Source: an uncultured virus (IMG/VR IMGVR_UViG_3300042923_001406) (Duplodnaviria > Heunggongvirae > Uroviricota > Caudoviricetes). Taken from it: a DNA stretch of 20,000 bases. The notes under the pieces were generated by a model, which made no database searches, had not been told where the DNA came from, and saw only the letters and a list, made by a program, of their open reading frames with translations. Made by a program: the position numbers and the translations under genes. Below, one piece after another: positions 8,801 through 16,950 of this stretch. How positions within the stretch are numbered: position 1 is the stretch's first letter; each line of letters starts with the position of its first letter. The stretch is taken from IMG/VR virus record IMGVR_UViG_3300042923_001406. One strand, written 5' to 3'.

Positions 8801-9178
8801 TATATTGAAATTGATGATAAAGGTCAAGTTGTATTACCAGAAGAAGATATAGATAATGAGTTTACAGAAGAAGATTCTGAAGATTATAGGTTATTAATAG
8901 AAAAAGAAGAAGAAGAAAGATTTAGTAAAACTTCTATAGATTTAGTATATTTAGGTAATATAGCTATAATAGACACTACAGAAATACAAACGAAAGAAGA
9001 TTTACAAAAATTTCATAATTCTATTGTAAAATTATGTGATCCTAAAGGGTATTACCAGTTAAATTATATGCGTGGTGGTTCTATGTTACCTACTAATTTA
9101 AAAATGGATTATAAACAAAAAGAAATAATGGAATTAATAAGTAAATATAAAACTAAAGAGGTGATTAAATGTCGTTAG
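5849..9178 (+). CDS. polA: Family A DNA polymerase with 3'-5' exonuclease, no 5'-3' exonuclease, long N- and C-terminal extensions
   Basis: ExoI SIDIESTG, ExoII VAHNMKME, ExoIII YYACPD. Also GTGAASGR, motif A SSDYSQVELRVLA, DIH, motif B RSSGKRVNFGVVYG, GYIETPLGYRR, NTPVQGFAA and motif C SIHDELL. Confidence 0.95.
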   Translation: MMKVGIFRDIKNNIDYTVVVNVVQNKGERIEIYRRKEDYSPIDTYNAISAYYRKSREYYYGDSELIREYLNAQNSCITIKGELNQTSTFNQEGFIITQMKVNEQLGLSSKVILVNGIIKEELYVTPNYMIHIDGITEMNTNIFVDPLNIKDYKIISILSDFQDNDTIDADYYSLDYLKSKYPIDHVDNYDYLIIESIEQAEEELKKWKNSKVKIKSIDIESTGLEMSVFGEDLITGVVLSYDWEPLGEVENSRYFPFRQKNFKYNLPLDFLKKIETAVNSQPKAKTINLDVYDGTLIVAHNMKMEKKSFWRDELDVRIDMDTYTLSTLIDTRMERGLHTLKNRAQQATKLFWLELDMVFKSKLIRFDILPSEIVRYYACPDTANTIKVLKWLYKQLPETEQEVYMIENELQYTKANQEYYGLRLNQEGLIKRLKNVEFIVDKLSDIFKRKHNTSKNINSADVLRDIVYNKLGCKVVVRTKKNKPSTSVDAISNIVKHGLIKNIDLDKDVPPDVLDLYGKSIIDGKELKKNKYPTLVILSYYNKYKKELGALRRLQKKSINDRVMFGINGTGAASGRQTSDAHQYSDTMKELVLSDTPEHTLISSDYSQVELRVLAYIIKDTRLIELMKDKHIDIHRAFLSIINGIPVHMISAVMRSSGKRVNFGVVYGISEYGLARDTYGPEYTKEQLLDRKKAITDFFNGIPGCKELADYNRKFVFEHGYIETPLGYRRVLYGVFDEGLTKAQKERIFRAANNTPVQGFAAHLMKMAENNVMRYIKEKGWDKTITYMGKEFPLVRNMLSIHDELLISAHNSIPKEEIVLMCKECMEIEFKDAPPFFAVPTFVENWAQGKAEQFEMSVSMRDDILEAWLKEGKSIVDWDNLTYSINEYKLNQIKDYMESLIRKYKTEEEIIKHVNHPEFTHLLISVYVNKDIVKKNSHEDCIAIAVKEYMNNPDNVIVVENSYEEYKENKEIQDSISYLKDFEQYIEIDDKGQVVLPEEDIDNEFTEEDSEDYRLLIEKEEEERFSKTSIDLVYLGNIAIIDTTEIQTKEDLQKFHNSIVKLCDPKGYYQLNYMRGGSMLPTNLKMDYKQKEIMELISKYKTKEVIKCR

Positions 9179-9966
9179 CAGATGATTTAACAACTATTAT
9201 GAAGCAAACTAGTACTTACAAAGAAGAAACACCTTCTAATATAGAAGATATAAATAAAGAAATAAGTGATACAAGTAATAATGAATCTGTTAAGGAAGAT
9301 GATAACCCATTCAAAAAAATTAGTTTAAGTAAAATATTAACAAATCCTAAAATGATTATGAGTATGTTAGGAATAATTATACTCATAATCATGGGTATTA
9401 TATTTATACCTGAATTAATTAAAGAACCAGAAGATACAGGTGCTGAATTTTTAGAAGATTTGGATATTACTACTTATAAATATTCTCTAGAAGAAAAGTC
9501 ATTAATGAGAATAGCTGGATATACGGCGGATGAAATTGAAAGATATGAAATTGAAGAAAGAGATCCTTATGAATTAATAAAAGAAGTAGAAATAAAAAGA
9601 AAAGAACAATATGAAACAGATATAAAACCATTATTTGATAGTGCATCAGATGAATATAAGTTTTTAATGAATAATACATGGGTTGGTGGAAAAGACATAC
9701 TACCAGATGTAATAACTACTAAAGACTCTAATTATAATAAAAGTTATGGTACTTATAATTGTGACTATAGAAAAATTCCTGCAAAAGGTTCACAATTATT
9801 TTTAAAATTATATATTGTTGAACTAAATTCAACAGTTTTTATGTCTATAACTCCAGAAAGATATAGTGAGTTAAATGAAACTGGTAATATAGTAGTTACA
9901 TTATATTTTAATGAATATAGTGATGGTTCTATTATAGTAACAGAAGTTAGTGAAAAAGAAATATAA
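9169..9966 (+). CDS. Single-pass membrane protein (265 aa)
   Basis: Hydrophobic stretch MIMSMLGIIILIIMGIIFIP at about aa 62-81. SD GAGGTG at 9158-9163. Confidence 0.8.
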   Translation: MSLADDLTTIMKQTSTYKEETPSNIEDINKEISDTSNNESVKEDDNPFKKISLSKILTNPKMIMSMLGIIILIIMGIIFIPELIKEPEDTGAEFLEDLDITTYKYSLEEKSLMRIAGYTADEIERYEIEERDPYELIKEVEIKRKEQYETDIKPLFDSASDEYKFLMNNTWVGGKDILPDVITTKDSNYNKSYGTYNCDYRKIPAKGSQLFLKLYIVELNSTVFMSITPERYSELNETGNIVVTLYFNEYSDGSIIVTEVSEKEI

Positions 9967-9978
9967 GAGAGGTATATT

Positions 9979-10770
9979 ATGATAATACAACAAGCAGAAC
10001 TAATACCTGATTGGTTAAAGAAGGATTTAGATGACAAATGTCCTTTTTGTGGTTCTTTATATGAAGTAGGATACTCTCCTAATGGTAAAAGAGTTACTAA
10101 ACATTATTGTCCTAATAAAGAGTGTTCAGAAACTATTGTGAGTAAAATGGTATTTGTTTGGAATATTTTAAAAGTAGATGGTATTAAAGAAGGTCGTTCA
10201 AGAGAATTAGTTAAGAATAACAAAATTAAACACCACTTAGAAGCTATACCTTTAGTTTTAAAGAATAAACCACGTATTGATTTAACTACTTATATGAGAT
10301 TAAATTGTATACAAGGAATTGATACAACATGGGATAAAATTTGTTTTAATAAAAATTCTTTAGATGAAGTATTAAATTCAAATGATATAAGAGGAATATT
10401 AGATATTGAAGATGTAAATAATGCAAAAAAGTATATTTCTAATTTTGATATAGTATATCCCAATAAACCTAAACATGAATCCATATTAAATATAAGTATA
10501 ATGATGACAGGAGATATATTAGGATTTGAGCCTAGAGAATTGTTAGTAGTAGCTATGAATAAAAAATATAATGGTCTTTTAAATTTAGGGTATTCTAAAT
10601 CAATAAGAAAGACTGGTATATTTGCATTAGTTAAAGATCCTAAATCAAGTGTTACAAATAAAGTTAGTGTTGCCTTAGATTGTGGTATACCTATTATGTC
10701 TCCAGAAGAATTTATAATAAAAGTAGATAAATTGATAAGAGAAAAGGTTGGTGATAACTATGAATTTTAG
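9979..10770 (+). CDS. Zn-finger/HhH/BRCT protein resembling only the C-terminal half of NAD-dependent DNA ligase
   Basis: C4 finger CPFC...YCPNKEC, degenerate HhH (LKVDGIK, NCIQGID), and BRCT-like MMTG...KSIRKT...LV...NKVSVALDCGIPIMSPEEF. No KxDG adenylation domain. SD GAGAGGT. Confidence 0.8.
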   Translation: MIIQQAELIPDWLKKDLDDKCPFCGSLYEVGYSPNGKRVTKHYCPNKECSETIVSKMVFVWNILKVDGIKEGRSRELVKNNKIKHHLEAIPLVLKNKPRIDLTTYMRLNCIQGIDTTWDKICFNKNSLDEVLNSNDIRGILDIEDVNNAKKYISNFDIVYPNKPKHESILNISIMMTGDILGFEPRELLVVAMNKKYNGLLNLGYSKSIRKTGIFALVKDPKSSVTNKVSVALDCGIPIMSPEEFIIKVDKLIREKVGDNYEF

Positions 10771-11110
10771 AAAATTTATAGAAGATAAATATGACGTAAG
10801 AGAAAGAATAAAACAATTACAAAGTAATCCTATAAAAGATTTTCTAGATAGTGATATATTTCCTTGTGATTTTGTAACAACAGAAAATGGTGAAATGGTT
10901 AAAATGTTGTATTATGGTAACGGTACTAGAGAAATAGCTGTGCTAGACTTATTATCATATACAAGAGAAGATTTGATAAAAATAAGTGATAAAGAACTTT
11001 TAGAACTATATGATGCTTATACCTCTAATTTCAATTTTGAAAAAGCGTCTTTATTAGACATGTCTAAATTAGAAATAATTAGAAAAGAGTCTATAAAAGG
11101 TATAGTATAA
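10760..11110 (+). CDS. Hypothetical protein (116 aa)
   Basis: ATG 10760 follows GGTG at 10750-10753 and overlaps the upstream stop. The ORF track instead starts at TTG 10748. Confidence 0.75.
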   Translation: MNFRKFIEDKYDVRERIKQLQSNPIKDFLDSDIFPCDFVTTENGEMVKMLYYGNGTREIAVLDLLSYTREDLIKISDKELLELYDAYTSNFNFEKASLLDMSKLEIIRKESIKGIV

Positions 11111-11111
11111 T

Positions 11112-11906
11112 ATGATTAATATTATATTAAAAGAAGATAAGCAAAATATAGATTATGATTATATTTTTAAAGATTTAATAGAATTTAAAGAAAAAACTAA
11201 ATCAATATATAAACCAATACTAGGTATATATAATATTGGTTTATATTTAAAAGATATAAGAGACATAAAAGAATTATTAAATAATAAAAACAAATATAAT
11301 CATTTAAATATAGATTTATTATTAGAAGAAAATATATTTAAACAAATTACATTAGCTATACCAGATTTAAAAACATCAGAAAATAAAAATTTTATGGAAT
11401 ATTTAATAGATGGTATATCTAAACGTAATATGATTATAAATAAAAAAGTAGTATATTTAATGTATAATTCAATAGGTAAATCTTTTATGGAAATAGATGA
11501 GATTCTAGATAAATTATATTCTATATATGGTTCTTTTATGGAAATAACAGATAAAGATGTATCTAAATATATTATAATAAATGATATAGTTTATCCAAGA
11601 AATGTATTAATAGCTTATATAAATTTAGATAAATATAGAAAAATAAAATTAGAAAAATGTTTATCATCCATAAGTAAGGATATAGTATTAGCTTCAATGG
11701 TTAAACAAGTAAAAAAATTACATGAACAAAAAATTAAATATTTAAATACAGGATTAGGTAATAAATTTATAAAAACATTAAATACAAAGAATTTAAACTT
11801 AATGTATTATTTATTAGTTACAACTAAACCATATTATTTAAATGATATAATTATTTTATTAGAAATATATGAAAGAGGTTTAAGTTTAAATGATATACTT
11901 TACTAA
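11112..11906 (+). CDS. Divergent DNA polymerase III delta (HolA)-like clamp-loader subunit
   Basis: INKKVVYLMYNSIGKSFMEIDEILDKLYSIY...ITDKDVSKYI resembles the HolA lid pattern IxxxAxxxLxxxxGxDxxxLxxELEKLxxY...ITxEDVxxLV. VLASMVKQVKKL resembles the collar helix. The N-terminal domain is shortened. Confidence 0.6.
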   Translation: MINIILKEDKQNIDYDYIFKDLIEFKEKTKSIYKPILGIYNIGLYLKDIRDIKELLNNKNKYNHLNIDLLLEENIFKQITLAIPDLKTSENKNFMEYLIDGISKRNMIINKKVVYLMYNSIGKSFMEIDEILDKLYSIYGSFMEITDKDVSKYIIINDIVYPRNVLIAYINLDKYRKIKLEKCLSSISKDIVLASMVKQVKKLHEQKIKYLNTGLGNKFIKTLNTKNLNLMYYLLVTTKPYYLNDIIILLEIYERGLSLNDILY

Positions 11907-12594
11907 AAGTCCACTTAAAACATGGCAACCAAATTTAATACAATTAGATTTAGAAGATGATTTAGGTCATATATATGTTTCTAGAAATACATATGACCAA
12001 TCTGTTATAATAAATGATTGGTTTGGAGGAGATATTGAGCTTGTAAAGAAAAAAGTTGGTGGTAATCCAAATCAAGATGATATTATAGATTATATGCAGA
12101 ATGTAATACCAAGCCCTATAAATATATTGGTTCCATTTTATAATTTAATAGGTCAAGAAGTATTACTTAATATAGATGATATAAAACAACTTGTTGGAGT
12201 ATTATCATTTATATCAATGAGTTTAGATTTTAAAATGATGTTAAAAGTACCCTTTGAAGTTAGAGCTAATCTAACTTATACAAAAAGTATTTTAATTGAT
12301 TACCAAAATCATTTTGATGATTTTAATTTTAAAATATATGATTATGAAAGACATATAATAAGTGAGAGAGAAAGTAATGAAAGAGAATACTATTCAGAAA
12401 AAGATGAAGATGTTGTTGAAGAAATTTTAGATTTAGATAAATTCTTTGATGAAATAGGATGGAATGATGTTAAAGTACCAGAAATACCATATATAGAACC
12501 TATTAAAGAAGTATCTAAAGATAAAACGATAATAGAACATGAACAAAAATCTGAAGCAGATGTTTATGAAAGTATCATAAACAAATATGTATAA
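11890..12594 (+). CDS. Hypothetical protein with acidic C-terminus (234 aa)
   Basis: ORF overlaps the upstream gene, SD AGAGGT. Confidence 0.8.
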   Translation: MIYFTKSPLKTWQPNLIQLDLEDDLGHIYVSRNTYDQSVIINDWFGGDIELVKKKVGGNPNQDDIIDYMQNVIPSPINILVPFYNLIGQEVLLNIDDIKQLVGVLSFISMSLDFKMMLKVPFEVRANLTYTKSILIDYQNHFDDFNFKIYDYERHIISERESNEREYYSEKDEDVVEEILDLDKFFDEIGWNDVKVPEIPYIEPIKEVSKDKTIIEHEQKSEADVYESIINKYV

Positions 12595-12608
12595 AGTGAG
12601 GATTAGAG

Positions 12609-13118
12609 ATGAATTTTTTATTAAATTTAAGTTTTTCTATAGGTATAATAACTTTAATATTTATATCACCAGTAATAATGAATATTGGATTAGTTAAACT
12701 TAGTAATAATGATTATAAAATAAGTAATAAAGAATACTTATTTTGCATGATACCAGTAGTAAATAATTTTTATGGTAAATCAAAGTATTCTGGTAGTAAA
12801 GTATCGTTATCAGGTATATCTTGTATAGTTTTATATTCTTCAGTATTATTTAGATATCTGTCTATGGTATTGATGTTTAATAACACAAATTTACAAGTAA
12901 TAGGAGTGTATATATTTTTATTATCAATATTAGTATATTGGATATTAAACGCATTAGAAATATATAATATATTAAACGATTCTGGAGTATATGGATTAAC
13001 ATCTAAAATAATATATTCATTTACTGTTATATTGGGTCATATAATGGTTGGTTATTACTTACCTAAGAAAGTAGCTTATTACACTAATAATTCAAGTACA
13101 GACAAATTATATGAGTGA
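12609..13118 (+). CDS. Multi-pass membrane protein (169 aa)
   Basis: About four hydrophobic segments, SD GAGGA. Confidence 0.8.
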   Translation: MNFLLNLSFSIGIITLIFISPVIMNIGLVKLSNNDYKISNKEYLFCMIPVVNNFYGKSKYSGSKVSLSGISCIVLYSSVLFRYLSMVLMFNNTNLQVIGVYIFLLSILVYWILNALEIYNILNDSGVYGLTSKIIYSFTVILGHIMVGYYLPKKVAYYTNNSSTDKLYE

Positions 13119-13425
13119 GATTAGGAAATTTATTGACCCTGATAATTTTAAATCAAAATCAGTAAGTACTCCTTATCCACATATAAAAATAGTAGAGTTA
13201 AACATAGCTACTAAATTAGTAGTGGATTCTTTAGACGAAGGTGATATGCCTTTATTAGCAACATATAAAGGTGAAACTAAAATAATAAAGAGCATATCTA
13301 ATTCAGCTATAAATATTAATAGACTTTTAAAAGTAAATGATTTAGATGTTGTATTTAGTAAAGATAATATATATAATATACAAAATATATTAGATTATAT
13401 GGAGGCATCTAAAGAATGGATTTAA
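13111..13425 (+). CDS. Hypothetical protein (104 aa)
   Basis: ORF overlaps both neighbours. Confidence 0.7.
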   Translation: MSEIRKFIDPDNFKSKSVSTPYPHIKIVELNIATKLVVDSLDEGDMPLLATYKGETKIIKSISNSAININRLLKVNDLDVVFSKDNIYNIQNILDYMEASKEWI

Positions 13426-13634
13426 TATTAGTTATAATTATATCTATAATTATTTTCTTTATTAAAATAAAATATAACAAAGAAAATATTATTGTATTTA
13501 ATAAAACAAATAATGATGGTATTATTGAGAAAGAATATATAAAAGAAGATGAGTTAAAAATAGGAACTAATTTAATGTTAAGGAGAGAACCTAGAGCATT
13601 TCATAAAATATTAGATGATTTAGGTTTAAATTAG
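13416..13634 (+). CDS. Small membrane-anchored protein (72 aa)
   Basis: N-terminal LILVIIISIIIFFI followed by basic residues, SD GGAGG. Confidence 0.75.
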   Translation: MDLILVIIISIIIFFIKIKYNKENIIVFNKTNNDGIIEKEYIKEDELKIGTNLMLRREPRAFHKILDDLGLN

Positions 13635-13637
13635 ATT

Positions 13638-13961
13638 ATGATAATATTAATAATATTAAGTATAATATCATTAATTTTAACGTTATATTGTAATCCTACT
13701 AACATTGTTTCTTGGGTATCAATAATAACAACTTTTACATTTATATTAAGACCTATAGGAGTACATGTAAAAGTAAACAAAATAATACCTATAGAACTAT
13801 TAATAACTTTTTTGGCTTTTAATGGTTCTTTAATGTTAAAAACGTTTAGTTTAAAAACGTATATATTTATGATGTTGTGTAGAGGATTATTTTATTTAAT
13901 TGTATTATATGATGATAAAAGTTATATATACATACAAGAAACAGAAGAAAGGGAGTTATAA
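13638..13961 (+). CDS. Small multi-pass membrane protein (107 aa)
   Basis: Three to four hydrophobic segments, starts 3 nt after the upstream stop. Confidence 0.75.
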   Translation: MIILIILSIISLILTLYCNPTNIVSWVSIITTFTFILRPIGVHVKVNKIIPIELLITFLAFNGSLMLKTFSLKTYIFMMLCRGLFYLIVLYDDKSYIYIQETEEREL

Positions 13962-13965
13962 TATT

Positions 13966-15096
13966 ATGAGAAATGGTATTATAGATACAATTCAGTTAAT
14001 TACAAGCATAGATAATGATGTAGATAAATTATCTGTTTGTATGAAAGATTTAGATAGTTATATTTTATTTGGTAAATTAAATGATTATTTATCTTTTATA
14101 GATAAAGAAGTAGAATTTAATACTAGATGGGATATTATTAATGGAATTAAAGAAGAAGTTATAAATACTATAGCTGTTAAAAGTATAATTCAGAGTGTTA
14201 TACCAGATATTAATTTAGGTGTAGACGAATTAGAGTTAAGTAGTTTGATACCTGATAATAGTAAAGCTATTAATGTTATAACATTTGACAAAGATTCCTT
14301 AAAAACAAATGATATAGCTTTAGCACAAATTATTTTAATATTAAATTATAAAGATGGTAAGTCTAAAGTTACTAGATGGAAAGATTTTCAATGTTTAGAT
14401 GTAAATTCTAAGGTATTTAATTTAAGATTATTTACAAATTCAGATGAAGTAGATGAATTTTCTAAAAATGCTCAAGGTAAATATGTTATGGTTGATATAA
14501 AGAATACAACTTATGGATTACAAGTTTATAAAGACATGAGTATTTATGAGGAAGAAGTTAAAGTACCTTCTGAAGTATTATTATCTACATTAAAATTAAA
14601 AATGTATATAAGTAAAGATAATGAATTAGAAAGTTATGTTGAAAAATATGATATGATAAACAAGTTAAAAGGTATTATGTATTTTGAACCTGGATATCAT
14701 ATTGTAGAAATTGTAGCTGAATTAATGATAATATCTACGGTTTGTAGGATATTTGAAACATATGATAGAAAACTTCTTTATAGAGCAGCATTTGCAAGTA
14801 GAGGTTATTTAATGAAAACAAATACTAAACTCTCTAATACACTTATTAATTATCATAATATAATTACTAGTGATTTAAAGACAGATTTAGATTTAATAAG
14901 ATTACTTGATACAAATCTACCTATAGAAGAAGGAGATATAAATAAACAAGCTTTCTTGTCAATAAGAAAAATTGTTACATCTTTAATGAGAGGAAAGAGG
15001 GGACTTTATGAAAAGAATATTATTAATGATTATATTAATACTATTGATAGTCAATATAGTGGGTTGTTCCAAAGAGGAATCATCGACTTGGATTAG
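13966..15096 (+). CDS. Hypothetical protein, possibly a degenerate YhaM/Cbf1-like OB-fold plus HD-fold protein
   Basis: ATG 13966 follows GGGAG at 13951-13955. CLDVNSKVFNLRLF...GKYVMV...YGLQV is OB-like, and GYHIVEI...FETYDRKLLYRAAF resembles YhaM H..EV...YP..NRDLL..GALLHD but lacks the HD. The ORF is secure, the family call is weak. Confidence 0.45.
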   Translation: MRNGIIDTIQLITSIDNDVDKLSVCMKDLDSYILFGKLNDYLSFIDKEVEFNTRWDIINGIKEEVINTIAVKSIIQSVIPDINLGVDELELSSLIPDNSKAINVITFDKDSLKTNDIALAQIILILNYKDGKSKVTRWKDFQCLDVNSKVFNLRLFTNSDEVDEFSKNAQGKYVMVDIKNTTYGLQVYKDMSIYEEEVKVPSEVLLSTLKLKMYISKDNELESYVEKYDMINKLKGIMYFEPGYHIVEIVAELMIISTVCRIFETYDRKLLYRAAFASRGYLMKTNTKLSNTLINYHNIITSDLKTDLDLIRLLDTNLPIEEGDINKQAFLSIRKIVTSLMRGKRGLYEKNIINDYINTIDSQYSGLFQRGIIDLD

Positions 15097-15721
15097 TTCA
15101 GATGGAAGTTCTATTTATATAAATGATAAACCAGTTTTATTAAACTCTTTTGATGGATCTATTGGAATTTATAATAATGAAAACGATTTTGTAAATTTTA
15201 CATTTAAAACATGTGATTCTAATTTCAGAAATTGTCCTGAAAATAGACAGGGAGTTTATGAGTCTGATTTGATTGAATATAAAAATGCTAAATATTTTGA
15301 TGGTTTTATAGATACTTTTTCATGTATGCATATGCCAAATGATGAAAGTACATCTAAGGAAGTTGTTATAAATACTAAAGATACAAATATAAAACCACTT
15401 AGTATTGTAAGAGAAGATGCATATTTCATACTAGAAAACATAAAATTTGAACCTATAAATAAATCTACATTTGCAAATACTATAATTATAAATAGTAACG
15501 GTAATAATATGATTATAAGAAATACAGATATTACTATACCGGGTATATTATCAGTATTTAAAGGTACTAAGGATGTAACACAACAAGTAGAAATAAATGG
15601 TATAACATGTATGTTATATGAGTCTTCTCTATTTAATTTTTACCAATATGGTGGTAATATAATAAAAATATCTAAAGATATAAATGTAAATGAATATATA
15701 GAACTAAAATCAATACAATAG
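15008..15721 (+). CDS. Putative lipoprotein (237 aa)
   Basis: MKR, hydrophobic core and lipobox IVG|C (Cys20), followed by SKEESS. SD AGAGGGG. Confidence 0.8.
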   Translation: MKRILLMIILILLIVNIVGCSKEESSTWISSDGSSIYINDKPVLLNSFDGSIGIYNNENDFVNFTFKTCDSNFRNCPENRQGVYESDLIEYKNAKYFDGFIDTFSCMHMPNDESTSKEVVINTKDTNIKPLSIVREDAYFILENIKFEPINKSTFANTIIINSNGNNMIIRNTDITIPGILSVFKGTKDVTQQVEINGITCMLYESSLFNFYQYGGNIIKISKDINVNEYIELKSIQ

Positions 15722-15731
15722 GGGAACGTAA

Positions 15732-16187
15732 ATGTGGATAGGAGTTATATGTTTAATAATTATATTATGTTTATACTTATCAATGATAATTATATTTTTT
15801 AAACACCCACATTATCTAAAGTTACTATTTTCTAAAGAAAGTGAAGAATTTAAAGAGGACTCTGTTGTTCATAAAATAATATGTACAACAGTAGCTCCTA
15901 CTTATAGAGAAGAATATTTTGGCTATAGATATTTTGTATTACCTGTTTACGGATTTAAAACTATGATGATAGATAGTAAATTTAGAGTTTATGGTGTAGT
16001 ACGTTTAAATAATGAGTGTTTAATTTTATATAAAGGGGATGTTATAAAAACTATGATTTGTTTAGATGATAAGAGACATTCTGAAGTTATACTAGAAGAT
16101 TTAAGAATTATATATAGAAATATCTTATTAGTTGCATTAACAGGAGGTGTAATATTTTGGCAAGTATATTTGAAGTTTATGATATAA
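15732..16187 (+). CDS. Membrane protein with N- and C-terminal TM helices (151 aa)
   Basis: Hydrophobic at aa 2-23 and about 131-148, SD AGGGG. Confidence 0.8.
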   Translation: MWIGVICLIIILCLYLSMIIIFFKHPHYLKLLFSKESEEFKEDSVVHKIICTTVAPTYREEYFGYRYFVLPVYGFKTMMIDSKFRVYGVVRLNNECLILYKGDVIKTMICLDDKRHSEVILEDLRIIYRNILLVALTGGVIFWQVYLKFMI

Positions 16188-16345
16188 GAGAAAATAAAGA
16201 ATATACTATGGATTTTAAAGAAATATGTAATAAATATAAAGATTCTAATATTAATTTGTTTAATGAAAATCACATTTCCGTTATATCTATATTCAAGAAA
16301 GGAGTAAAAATAGCTGTTATAAGTAAAGTAAATAGAAAGGAATAA
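16157..16345 (+). CDS. Small hypothetical protein (62 aa, TTG start)
   Basis: Near-perfect SD AGGAGGTG at 16142-16149, 7 nt before the TTG. Ends 2 nt before the next gene. Confidence 0.75.
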   Translation: MASIFEVYDIRENKEYTMDFKEICNKYKDSNINLFNENHISVISIFKKGVKIAVISKVNRKE

Positions 16346-16347
16346 GT

Positions 16348-16950
16348 ATGGATAACAATAAAATAATTATAATTTCTAATAGTAATCCATTTACAGAAGT
16401 AATTAAAAATAAAATATTGCAGTTAGTAGATAATATTATATTATCTAATAAAAAGATTATTATTTTTAAAGAGGATGTTCTTCTTTATGATATATTAAAG
16501 GATAATGAAAATGTACAATATATATCTTCAATAGCAAGTAGTGGAGATGAGATGTTGTTTAATAAAGAAAACTATTTATATTATAATAATTCAGATAAAA
16601 TAAAAGAATATAAGTTAGATAAAAGTAAAATATTTAAGAGGGCAATATCAAGATATCCATTACCAGATAGATCTAAAGTTTATGATAATATAGAATATAA
16701 AACTTTAAGAGAATCTGTTGTGGATAAGAGAATAAAATTTTGTATATCTCAAATAATAAATGATTTTGGAATAATAGTTAATTTTAGTTCAAATAAAGAT
16801 ATGAATATAATTAACAGTATTAAACCAGAATATGGAGATGGTAAATTTTATTTTATATATGATTGTATAAAAAATAAATCTGAATTTATAGTAGGTGGTT
16901 GTTATTTAAAAGAAGAAGACTTTTACAAATTTATAAAGGAGAACAATTAA
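16348..16950 (+). CDS. Hypothetical protein (200 aa)
   Basis: ORF with AAGGA SD and an alternating beta/alpha pattern at the N-terminus. Confidence 0.8.
   Translation: MDNNKIIIISNSNPFTEVIKNKILQLVDNIILSNKKIIIFKEDVLLYDILKDNENVQYISSIASSGDEMLFNKENYLYYNNSDKIKEYKLDKSKIFKRAISRYPLPDRSKVYDNIEYKTLRESVVDKRIKFCISQIINDFGIIVNFSSNKDMNIINSIKPEYGDGKFYFIYDCIKNKSEFIVGGCYLKEEDFYKFIKENN

Noticed and set aside
13111..13425. Second DnaE-CTD-like module (LDEGDMPLLATY)
   Set aside because: The resemblance rests on a few residues and cannot be supported without a profile search.
13836..13860. Short direct repeat TTAAAAACGT x2
   Set aside because: It is a 10-mer inside a coding region of very AT-rich DNA, compatible with chance.
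16348..16950. SLOG/DprA-like Rossmannoid fold
   Set aside because: Only a vague beta-alpha pattern is present, and the diagnostic glycine-rich motifs are absent.
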